This document shows, in pieces, positions 53,701-64,000 of a stretch of 64,000 nucleotides of DNA. The notes below the pieces were generated by a model. That model ran no database searches. It was given only the letters and a program-made list of their open reading frames with translations, and was not told the DNA's origin. Source of the stretch: Amphiscolops sp. MND2022. Taxonomy: Eukaryota. Both the position numbers and the translations under genes were made by a program. Positions within the stretch are counted from its first letter, which is position 1. Every line of letters begins with the position of its first letter. The DNA lies in assembly GCA_964187785.1 (NCBI GenBank), contig CAXLNC010001871.1, forward strand, positions 372,001 to 436,000. The letters are read 5' to 3'.

Positions 53701-54722
53701 GGTAGTTCTTCGATTAAAAAACCAATAACAATGGAAAAGTATCGGAACTTCTTGAAAAAAACTGAATATGTTTTGTTCAATCTGGAAGACGAGGCAGATT
53801 CCGCGACCAAGGATGACAATGTAAGACGAGTATGACAGGGTTTGTGCTAAGACAAGGATTCGAGCAGCAACGTCTCACAATGTGGGTGTTTCTTGAGAAG
53901 CACCGGTTGCAGCAGCTGTAGAAGGATCGTGTGTCTTCTGTAGAAAAATCGTCACTTTTGAGGCGCGGGTGTTAATTCCTCGAAGAATATTTTGGACGTT
54001 GGTAATTAACTGGTAGAACAATGTTTCGTACCTAACTTTCAAACATCTGATTATTGTTCAATATTGACATTCAATTTTACAATCGATGGTGTGTGCAACA
54101 AAAATATTATAACTTCTCGTTTGTATGTATTTCTGAAATTTCCAATTGTGTGCACGTAAAATGGTTCTCAATAGTTTTGTCCATCAATTTTTGGAACTTT
54201 CGTAGTTTATTCATTTACTTGAATATTTGTGCTGAAATGTCTAATGGAATTTCGTCTTTGTACATTTCGTGCAGCCTTTCATTCATATACTTGATTATAT
54301 GTGATGAAATTCATTTTTGAATTTCTTGTTCATTGAAACAACAACAACTGCAGGGTAATTCCACCTTTTTAGTTATAAAAACGTACATTTTTGTGCGAAG
54401 TGGCAGGAAAGATCCATGGAGAAAATGTTTTTAGAAATATTTTTTTTTCATGCAAAACGGCAGGACTGTTGCAAAGAAATCAGCATACCAATTGAAATTG
54501 TGTTTGTTTTCCCAATGAGAAATAGAATAGAGTCAGAATTAGATAGTTGAAAAAATCGCTGGTTCAGTGTGGAATAGGTAGATGGAGAGATGGTTATCTC
54601 GACCCGTCTTTTTTCAAATACCTATCCTGGTACCTATTAATAAGGAGCGCACGATGGGAAGCTCCCTATAGAAAGTAAAATAACTTGGCGTGCACTTTGT
54701 AAAATGCGGATTAATTGTCATT

Positions 54723-54915
54723 GATATATAGATAGATAAAACGATAGATATATAGATAGAAAGATAGATAGATATATAGATAGATAGTTACATAGATAGA
54801 TAGACAGGAAGATAGATAGACAGAAAGATAGATAGATATATAGATAGATAGATAGATAGACAGATAGATAGATAGATAGATTTATATACAGATAGATAGA
54901 AAGATATATAGATAG
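54723..54915 (+). repeat. Imperfect (GATA)n microsatellite
   Basis: About 190 bp of GATA with GACA, TATA and GAAA interruptions. Confidence 0.97.
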
Positions 54916-55711
54916 AAATAATCAGTTATAAACACACGATTCATGTTCCTTACTTGCAAGTCCAAATGTAAAACTGACTATTCAACTGAATTGCCTGTTG
55001 TGTTTAAAAACTATCACCGTTGACTGATATTTGTAGTACTTTTTATTGCAGTACGTAAATTCCAAAACTGGTCACAGGATTTTTGTTTTAGTTCTGCTTC
55101 TGCTTCTTGCGGTGTCTCTTTATGCCCCAATTAAAGGAAACACTGACAGTTTTGTCAACACTGACAAGGGAGGTGTCGGAGAAACAGGTTAGCTGTTTAA
55201 AAAAAGATAACAAATTGATACTAAACAACCGTTGCCCAAACCAACGATTACCACACAGGAGATGAAACTAGATTGAAAGTAATTACAAAAGTATATTTAT
55301 ATTTATAAACAAACTATAAATAAAAACTATAAACAAACTCCAAATTTCGCTCAAACTTTCTAATTCTCGCAAATCACAATACTACTCACCCTTTTTATTA
55401 CCATTGAGGCCTCTGTTTTTAATCTCCGTGCAATTTTATTCCAACTAAAACTACATAATAAACACAAATCATTTCATATAACTCTCGCATTCCAATCACT
55501 CAAGAACTAAAACTTTCAACTTATGATCAAGAACTCTGTGCCATAACTTTCGCCCTTTCTCAATATGATTTCATTATCATTGGCTCTAAATTCGCAATTA
55601 CTAGTTTCACTGATCACAACACAGAAAATTTCCACCACATATTGAATATAACAATATAACAATATAACAATTCTTGGGCTAACACGTGGTATCCCAAACC
55701 AACTTACAATT

Positions 55712-58700
55712 ATGCAGATGGTTTCAATCGATGATTCTGAATTTTGGACCTAACTGTTTATTGGTTCAATCAAGCAATTGACCCCTACTACGTTCATCTT
55801 GTTGCTTTCGATTTTAGGTGCTACCTCGCCTCGCAACAAAGATGATGAAAAACTATGCTGTGCCCCTATCGCTAACTGCTCCTATTTTATGTCAATCAAA
55901 AATCATTCGAAACTTCAAATAAAACAAAAAATTATGGGTTGCAACCAGGGCGACTTTTGAAAGTATTAAAAAGGTCCCCAATAATTTTTTTCCTTATTTC
56001 TATTACTTGCAGAAGATGTCGAACTTAACCCCGGCCCCACTTACGTGTATAAGAAAACTACTGCAGTGTTCTCCCGTAGCAGCAAAAAAATGAAGTTTTT
56101 CCATATGAATTGTCAAAGCATTGTCCTAAAGAAAAAGCAAATCGAAAACCTTGTCAGGGATCTTGGCAGCAACACTGTTAACGGTGTCTCTGAAACATGG
56201 TTAAAAGAAGAGTATAGTCAGAGTTTTAAGGAATTGAAAAAAGATCTTTTCAAAACATTTCGATCGGATCGAGAAACATTGCTGAAAGAAAGAGGCGGTG
56301 GAGTAATGCTTATTGATCCAAAATCACTTAATCCCAAAATAAGAAAGGACCTCAATCATCTGAACAAAAACTTATATGAAAGCCTTTGGATAGAATACAA
56401 CCTTAGCAATAACGCCCATATTTAAAAAAGCAACTCATTAACATCAGCTACAACCCAACAAAAATTTCAAAAGATTTTTTCTCGAAGAATTATCAACCAG
56501 CATTGATTTTGCCGTTACCGAAAACAAGCCAAATACATTGGTGGGGGTTTCTAATATCGACTATCTCAATTGGAAAGATAAGCAATGCTTAGATTCTGTC
56601 ATTGTTCCCTATGGACTCAGCGTTATCAATAAAAACCCACCAACCAGGATTCAAAGAAATTCCAGCTCCTTGACCGATTACATTATAACTGATCTTCCCC
56701 ATGCTGAAAACCTTGAGTCCGTTGTGCCTGATACAACATTGAGGACACTGAATAATACAGACATTGATCACCTAGGTACCTCAATCATTACAACGCTAGA
56801 AATGAAAACAAAATCAAAAGTTATAACAAAAGAAATCTTCGATAAATCAAATTATTCGAAAGAGGTATTCCGCAACGTCATCAATAATGCTAACTGGAGT
56901 AGTTTCTATAATCAAAACTGAACTGAGGGGAGGTACACAAAATTTTGCGACATCATTGAGAAAGCGCTTGATAAATGTACCTAAAGAAAGACAGTTTCCG
57001 TCAAAAATGATAACAATATTCTTACTATGCATAATAAATGGATCAAAACACAGACCCGGAACAATTATCGAAAAATCAACCTCAACTCAAACCCAAATGA
57101 GGTTGCCTATAAAACACTTAAACATGATTTCATCGATAATTTAAGCGCTAATGAGATGGAACATAGAATTAAATGCTTCAATGGCTTGACATCAGAAAAA
57201 GAGAAATGGCACTTTTTAAACGAAGCCAGAAACGCCAATAGAACTGCAACGACAATATTTATGTTTCAACCCATAAGTCTATTTGAATTTAAAAAACAGA
57301 TCAAGAACTTGAATATCAATAAACCTATAGGACCAACGAAAAGTCCTGCGTGGGCTTTAAAAGATGCCATGAATGTAAGTGCCGAGCCACTCACCTTTCT
57401 GATTACCGCTTTTCTGGAGGAAGGAATATTCCCAAACATTTTAACCAAGCTTATGTAATACCAATATTCAAAAAAGGAGATTGCGAAGAACCTAACAACT
57501 ATCGACCGAGCTCTATTACTCCTACACTGTCTAAAATTTTTGAAAAAGTCCTAAGAGACTAAATCACTCAATTTTTGAAAGAAACGAACTACTCACTTCA
57601 TCTCAATTCAGTTTCCGTGAAAATTTTTCTTCTGTTGATGCGTTGTTGTATGCTACTGAGAACATCCGGAAAAAGTAAACGACAACGAAAACGTTCCTGC
57701 TGCATTTTTGGATATTTCGAAAGCGTTTGATTCTATTTCTCATTCTATTTTGCTGGACAAACTGCGAGAACTTAATTTTGGTAATCATGCAGTCTAATTG
57801 ATAGAAATATATCTGAAAAATCGAAGTCAAAAAGTGATGCTCACCACTTGTAAATCGGATTGGATACAATTATTTAGAGGTGTTCCACAAGGCACTGTAT
57901 TGGGTCCTCTTCTCTTCAATATTTGCGTCAATAGTATGAGAAAATCGGTTTCTAACTATTGTCAACTTGTACAATATGCTGATGATACAATGATATATTC
58001 AGCCCATTCAGATTAAAACCAATCAATTCAAAATCTCGAAGAAAATTTCAGAAAACTGGTTCACTTTTTTAAATGCCATAGACTGACTATCAACGCAAAT
58101 AAGACTGAAATCATAGTTTTCTGTAAACCATCCATAAACAATCAAAAGAAAAATCAAGAATTGGTGGTGAAAAAGAAGTAATCAAAAATTGGGACTGTGT
58201 AAAATTTCTTGGAGTCTTTCTTGATCAGAACCTAAATTTTCAAAAAAAAGTGAAGAATCTTTTGAAAAAAATGGCATGCGGAATCAACACATTATACGTA
58301 ATACGTGAATCATTTCCCGAAAAAACTCCGATTCTGATATTGAATGCATATCAGTCATGTTCATTTTTCTGCTATCTTGCTTAATGGAGTTTCAGAAAAT
58401 CTGTTGACCACTTTAGAAAAACAACTGAGCTGGGCGGTTAAAGTGTGTTTCAATAGGAGAAAATGTGATCACTCAACGGATCCGAAACTTTTACATGGTA
58501 TTTTACCTATACAATATTTCTTGGAATTAAAATCGTTTTTTTTGGAAATTCTGTCACAATATTGTTCCTTCTTTAACGAATGATAATAGACCAACTACTG
58601 CGGTTTTCAGAGAACATAAACGAACGGATCAAATCTGACTCAATATCAAAAGAAACAGTATCTTCATTGAAATTAGCTTTTTCAACAAAGTGGTCCCAAT

Positions 58701-58850
58701 ATGGAACAACCTACCGAAAAAATTGAGAACCGAACGACATTCGTATCAAACAATAAAAGCGAAAATGAAAAGGTTATTTCTAGAAAAATTCAGAAACCAA
58801 CTAAACCTTCCCGAATATTAAAAAAAGTGGAAAGATTTTTAATTTCATTA
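55712..58850 (+). mobile_element. Near-full-length degenerate ORF2 of an APE-type LINE (CR1/L2-like): 2A-like peptide, endonuclease, RT
   Basis: Endonuclease: KFFHMNCQSI...GVSETWL...FRSDR...RGGGV...ESLWIE. RT: IPIFKKGDCEEPNNYRPSSITPTLSKIFEK, FLDISKAFDSI, GVPQGTVLGPLLF, and YADD at 57,975-57,986. C-terminus: FNKVVPIWNNLP. Many stops and frameshifts. Confidence 0.93.
55991..56038 (+). other. 2A-like ribosomal StopGo peptide (SLFLLLAEDVELNPGP)
   Basis: GAT GTC GAA CTT AAC CCC GGC CCC at 56,015-56,038 encodes DVELNPGP. It is preceded by a Leu-rich stretch and is in frame with the endonuclease ORF at 56,045. Confidence 0.9.
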
Positions 58851-58914
58851 AACCCCTGCCATTTCAATAATACACAAAATTTTTTTTAAAAAAACAAAGG
58901 TATAATTCAGTGTT

Positions 58915-60820
58915 TGTTTTGAACTTATTAAACTCGAACACAATAACGCTTTGAAAAACGTCCACTATTTATTTGAACACGATGATGTGTAACTCGCACA
59001 AAAAAGTGATTCACATCAATTCCTGGTGGATTATGGTGGTATCATATTTACACTTCGTGTTCAAGACAATTGTAATACTGTTACATACACCCCTCCTAAT
59101 TCTTTTTTTCATTTCAATTCGTCTCCTCCTCTTTGAACAATTGTAAAAATCCTGTTAAATTCACAGTCGAAACATTACTTCAACAAAACCCCCTAGATGA
59201 AACTGACATATATGACGAGGATGATCTTTTTACCAAAATTCTCAACACATTCAAACTTCACATACCTCACACCTCTTCCTGAAATTCACTATTACCATTT
59301 TAATGAATATCATCTTTTTCAAGATCCGCAACTATAGATGTTGACCAATCCCTTCATACCAATGCATCAACACAAACTCCTATTAAACCTACCTCTACTC
59401 CTACCTTTGCCACTTTTTGACCCACCCTTCTTTGCTCATTGAAAAGCTTTCGAAAACTTTTTCCTTCCACCCAATACTTTCTTAACACTAAGCTCGAAAA
59501 GATGATGTGTTCTATTCACAGTTTATACATGGTAAAAACAAAAACAAAAACCTCATTCTTTAACTCCAGTTATGAAAGCTGACTCTTTCTTAGTCACGTA
59601 CTACAAACATTTCCGACAATCATACATAGACCCAAAGTCACATCTTATTCAGTAATAAATACCTAACTCTCGTATATTTGAAGAAGTTTTCAATAAAACC
59701 TAACCGCCTGTTTATCAAACTCACATTTCTTTACCATTCAAGCTCCGTGGTCAAAACGTGAAAAACTCTCCATCAAAACCTTCAACCAATTTTACTATAC
59801 TCCGCTCTTGCCTTTATGGCTTCCTATTTTCATTGATAAGGGAATCCTATTTTCATTCAGCACTGAGTGCCGAACAAATAATCACTTCGCTTTTGAGCCT
59901 AATAATAATCCCCTCCTCCACCATTTGTGAAAACGCCACTCATTTAAACTATCGAATTTCAAGGGAAATGAAAGGACCTATTTTCCCTTCTTCACAAAAC
60001 AACTTCTATATTTTGTAATTTTCGACGCTTTCAGTAATTTGATAATTTTCACTCATTCATGCCTCTTTTCATAAAACCTCCTGAAATTAGTCAATTCAAA
60101 CTCAAATGTAATCTCACAATATTAAAACCTATTTATCAAATTAAACTTTCTCCACATCAAATTGTTTTTTATACGCACCCTCTTATTCCATTAACCTTTG
60201 CTCTTAGTTTAACGCGTAACTCTTGCAAAGATTGTACCGCTACACACTGTGATTCACTTCTACTCGATACACACTACAATGAACAACATCTAAGTCACTT
60301 TTTCAACTCACTCATTGATCAACCCATTTCCAAACGGCTTTTATTAGCTGAACATTCAATGTTGGATGTCTACTCCACTGTTCAGAGACATATAACCAAC
60401 ATTTTTATTTCCCAAAACTCCACATTTGAAAAAAAATTCCACCTAACACTTTTGTTTATAATACTAATTTCAAATGTAATAGATAAATAAAGTTAAATCT
60501 TTTTTGTACACTTATTGCACATATGCCTAACATATACTTCCATATAACCCTAAGTTCAACACAAAATATCTTATTATTCAAAACATATAACCATTATGGC
60601 AATCTTTTTACTCTGAATGAATCTCATAAAACAGATCACAATGAAGTAAAACATTGCTTCCTACACCGTTTTTCTTATCATCTGACCAACGTTAAAAACG
60701 TTCTCTTACTCAAGATGTATTACGATCAATACGAGACCTATCCCGGTAACGAACTAGCTAGTCCTGCTAGTTCGATTTTTGGCAAATCAGAGCGCGAATA
60801 TTTTTTGGAAGTTTTACACT
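58915..60820 (+). mobile_element. pol: Degenerate Ty3/gypsy pol 3' half (post-RNase H linker, integrase zinc finger, partial core, C-terminal domain)
   Basis: NVHYF...DSHQFLVDYGGIIFTLRV; FYYTPLLPLWLPIFI...TECRTN; ENATHLNYRISREMKGPIFPSSQNNFYI/VIFDAFS; LSPHQIVFYTHPLIPLTF...KRLLLAEHSMLDVYSTV. Most of the integrase D..E core appears deleted. Confidence 0.78.
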
Positions 60821-61123
60821 TGTCACACATTACACGCATTGAGAAGTCATTACACTAGTTGACACAGATTCGTAAATTGACCAGTTTACCCCATCGGAAA
60901 ATGCAGTAATTGACTAGTTTACACCAATCATCATTTCTACGCAATTTGACTACCTAAACTGTGCATCTCATAGTTACACATAGTTCTGGTAAATATGGGT
61001 TGTTTTTGTGAGTTATACAGGCCAACTCGAAACTACACGGCTTGATTCGCATACACAGTATCAATCAGTCAATCTTATTACATTAGGACTATAATTAGTA
61101 GTACTGGTAAATAGACACTGACA
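60821..61123 (+). mobile_element. Candidate LTR (303 bp)
   Basis: Begins TGTCA and ends TGACA (5-bp inverted termini). It lies after the pol remnant and is followed immediately by a PBS-like motif. No second copy is in the window and there is no clear polypurine tract. Confidence 0.5.
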
Positions 61124-61141
61124 GTGCTCACGACAGGGACC
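61124..61141 (+). promoter_or_regulatory. PBS-like motif GTGCTCACGACAGGGACC
   Basis: Abuts the candidate LTR end. It would be a TGG-starting PBS if two bases (TG) were lost. A 15-bp core recurs exactly at 61,550-61,564. Confidence 0.4.
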
Positions 61142-62584
61142 AAAAATACCAAGTTCAATGAATTGATGACCGATCGAGGGGCCATTCAGAATATACGTAC
61201 ATGCGTATTTTTCACTGTGACTGCAATCCGTTCATTGTTTCATGATTAATTATTGAAATGAGTTTTATCAGTAATAACTCATTTTTGTTTTCAGGTTGAT
61301 AAAGTTTCAAGTTTGTTAGGTTATTTTGTTGATGATGCTCGCCTCGGAACTGTGACCTTTTGTTTGGGGGGACTTTATTGGGGGTTGTTGTTGGATAAGA
61401 AACAGTGTTTATGTGATGGGGGATAAAGCACACGGTCCAAGCTTCGTTTTTAGTTCCATAATTCATGATTGGTATATCATACACTATTGTTTTCGGTTTG
61501 ATAAATTTTCAACTTCGTATAGACTATTTGTAACAACTTTTCCTGATGTTGCTCACGACAGGGATAAAACTTCTGTAAATACCATCGATCAAAATACCCT
61601 GACCATTGAATGATCCTTTAGCAACTATTGATGAGACCTACCCACGGACTTATTGACTGCGCCACCAACCTCAACTTTCCGTTGCTTTGTACACGTTCAA
61701 AAACTTTGTAAACACACAAATGTACGTTATTCAACTTTTTAGAGGATTATTTAAATGACTAACATTTGATGCTAGTTGATGATGATTTTCATTATGTTGG
61801 ATATGATTTGTTTTAAGTTAGTAAGTTTGTTCATTCATTTTTCTGAATAACCATTAATCATGATTAGAAAGTTTTTTAATTTTTGAAATTTTGGAAACAT
61901 TTGTACACCTGTTTGTACACACATTGAATGTACGTTGTTCAATTCTTTAAAGCATTAATTAAAATTACTAACTTTCATTTTTTTGAAGATTCAAACTTTT
62001 CATCCAAACAATTCACCTTATTTCTTGGAAAACTATTCATTTACTTGAATAACACTTGTAAGTGGTACTACAGTTTGAAACATTCTTGTATTTAAATAAA
62101 TCATTCAAGTTCGAAAAAAAGCAAGATGATGTAAGGGACCATACGAAAACCACGTTGTTTGGTTTACTCTCACCATGTCTCTTCCATCTAACACCAACGT
62201 CAAGCCGTCTCGGGGAAAGGTGTTGGGTTTGGCTTTCGCACAAAATACAAACACATTCATATCGTCATAATGGGGGGTTGGAGGAAATAGAAACATTGAA
62301 GAAATCACATGGAATACTTCTTTTATTTCAAAAAAAGATGAGAATCAAGGTGACTCTTTCATATCACTACCGCAGTACCGCGTTGGTTTACTAAACCGAT
62401 TATTAAGTGGCAAGTACAGAGTTTCTGATTTCGCTAGGTGGTTACTTGAGTGAAAGGATTAAAAGGACTTGCAAGTTGTCAAGTCATGAATTGAAGCAAG
62501 TTGTTCAAACCTAGAAATAAAAGTTACTGGCAGAATAAGTTCAATTCTTTCCTCTTAAAATGAAATCTGTCCGGGCCGGTTGTT

Positions 62585-63115
62585 TTGACTATTCGATCTC
62601 CAAACAATCATGTGACAAGTATGCTGTATTTAAAAAAACACATTAACCACCTGAAACCTAATAACCACTTGAAACATATTAATCACCTGGAAATGCTCTG
62701 CGCCATCTGTGGAGACAATATCTTTTCCTGCGTTTGGATTCTCCATGATGAACACGCGATATGCAATCAGTGCCGTCAAGCCTGGATCAAAGTGGTTGAG
62801 AGGTAAGTTCCGCATAACCTTGCTTTTAAAAACTGTTACCGAAGCTGTTTTCACTTTTCCCCGTCACTGATATGTTTTTTGAGACGTATTTTTCACATTT
62901 TTGTACTCCTGGAGTCTTTGATACTTACTTGGTTTCAGATTTAATAAAAGGGAACTCATTCAAGATGTCGTTCGAAAATAAAGAATACTGTGACTTACAG
63001 GGAAACAGTTGATAGTACCTTTTGGGTCAAGTGCCCTCTCTGCAGGAAACACGGATGCCTGCTCAGGCTGAAATTATGTTTGAGCCCGAGGGACCCAAAG
63101 TTTCGTTTCAAATGA
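62585..63115 (+). CDS. Candidate two-exon RING-finger protein (exons 62,585-62,802 and 63,001-63,115)
   Basis: Exon 1 reads ...MLCAICGDNIFSCVWILHDEHAICNQCRQAWIKVVE and ends at donor AG|GTAAGT (62,803). Acceptor GACTTACAG| at 63,000 continues in frame with RETVDSTFWVKCPLCRKHG..., which supplies the last CxxC. It may be a pseudogene. Confidence 0.6.
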
Positions 63116-63242
63116 GGAACTTTCTCTTCTAAAACATTTAGAGTTTCAAAACTCATTGTTTATTTGCTCTTCAAGTGATACATTGTTATTTTTTGTGATT
63201 TTATTCACCCAACAGTTCAGATTCCATTATAAAACAAACTTA

Positions 63243-63352
63243 AGCTAGTGCTATTTTAGTTTTCAATTTAGGCTGGTGCCATTTTTGTCTTCAATTTAGG
63301 CTGGTGCTCTTTTTGTATTCAAGTTGAGCTGGTGCTATTTTTGTATTCAATA
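63243..63352 (+). repeat. 28-bp minisatellite, 4 copies
   Basis: GCTGGTGCYMTTTTTGTMTTCAAKTTRR-like units start at about 63,244, 63,272, 63,300 and 63,328. Confidence 0.9.
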
Positions 63353-64000
63353 TACAATATTCAATGAAACTTGTTTTTTTTTGAAAACACATCGTAAGGA
63401 AAGAAGGATACTGTAGTTGACAAAAGGGACATTTTCTCAGAGCTGGTTCGTTACTTAAAAGATGGTTTAGGGACTCGGTTTCATATTTGCTCACGGCGGG
63501 GATCAAAAAGTACCGGTACTTATGTTGCTTCTCAAGAATAATTAAAACAACTTGAGTCTAGATTCGATAGCAAACATAACGAACAACAACTTGTGTCAAG
63601 TGATTGGATCAATTTTTGAAAAACAACAGAGCAGCCGGAACGAACAAACAAATATCATTGGCTAATTGAGGCCCACGCGTTCATTTCATTGGTTGAGAGC
63701 TACAGTATTGTGATTAAGAAAACATCTCCCAAACATTTTCAGGATCGATGTTTTCCTGAATTGATTGAAAATTTGGAAAAGTGTCGGAAAGAAACGTATG
63801 TTAAATTGGTTCAATTTCCGTCTGAAAAAATTCAAAATTGGAGTTACAGACAGTTGATTCTGTGACTTTTGGTTGTTTTTCTATGCTTTCAATGTATTAT
63901 CCACAGTTTTTAAACAAGTCTTTGCTTCAACTAACTCCCACAAAGCTATTGAATCTAAAGACATAATTTGATTTCAAAAATTATTAGCCGTTTTCGAAAT

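Noticed and set aside
61685-61975. Diverged ~75-bp direct repeat (TGTACAC...AATGTACGTT.TTCAA) about 214 bp apart
   Set aside because: Short, AT-rich and poorly conserved, with no interpretable structure.

Overview
Eukaryotic, gene-poor, heterochromatin-like window. Bases 1-48,510 are one uniformly oriented tandem satellite with a ~105-108 bp monomer. The monomer is itself a diverged 54-bp dimer and is organised into successive higher-order repeats (HORs). The array is interrupted once, by a ~780-bp LTR-less Ty3/gypsy reverse-transcriptase fragment (10,311-11,090). Essentially all ORF-track entries from 1 to 48,000 are satellite translation artefacts. The flank (48.5-64 kb) is a pile of decayed mobile elements: an APE-type LINE fragment, a near-complete CR1/L2-like LINE ORF2 with a 2A-like peptide (DVELNPGP), a Ty3/gypsy pol remnant with a candidate LTR and PBS, a (GATA)n microsatellite, and a spliced RING-finger gene candidate. 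The most notable feature is missed by the ORF track because of frameshifts. At ~51,750-53,700 (+) a degenerate gene reads, in order: Suv4-20/Set9-like SET domain with post-SET cysteines, low-complexity linker, two C2H2-like fingers, a canonical intron, then tyrosine-recombinase core-binding and catalytic motifs. I interpret this as a tyrosine-recombinase (Crypton-like) element carrying an H4K20-type histone methyltransferase, ~3 kb from the satellite edge. All translations and alignments were done by eye and no database searches were run. The retroelements resemble, from memory only, families from marine invertebrates such as acoels; this is low confidence.
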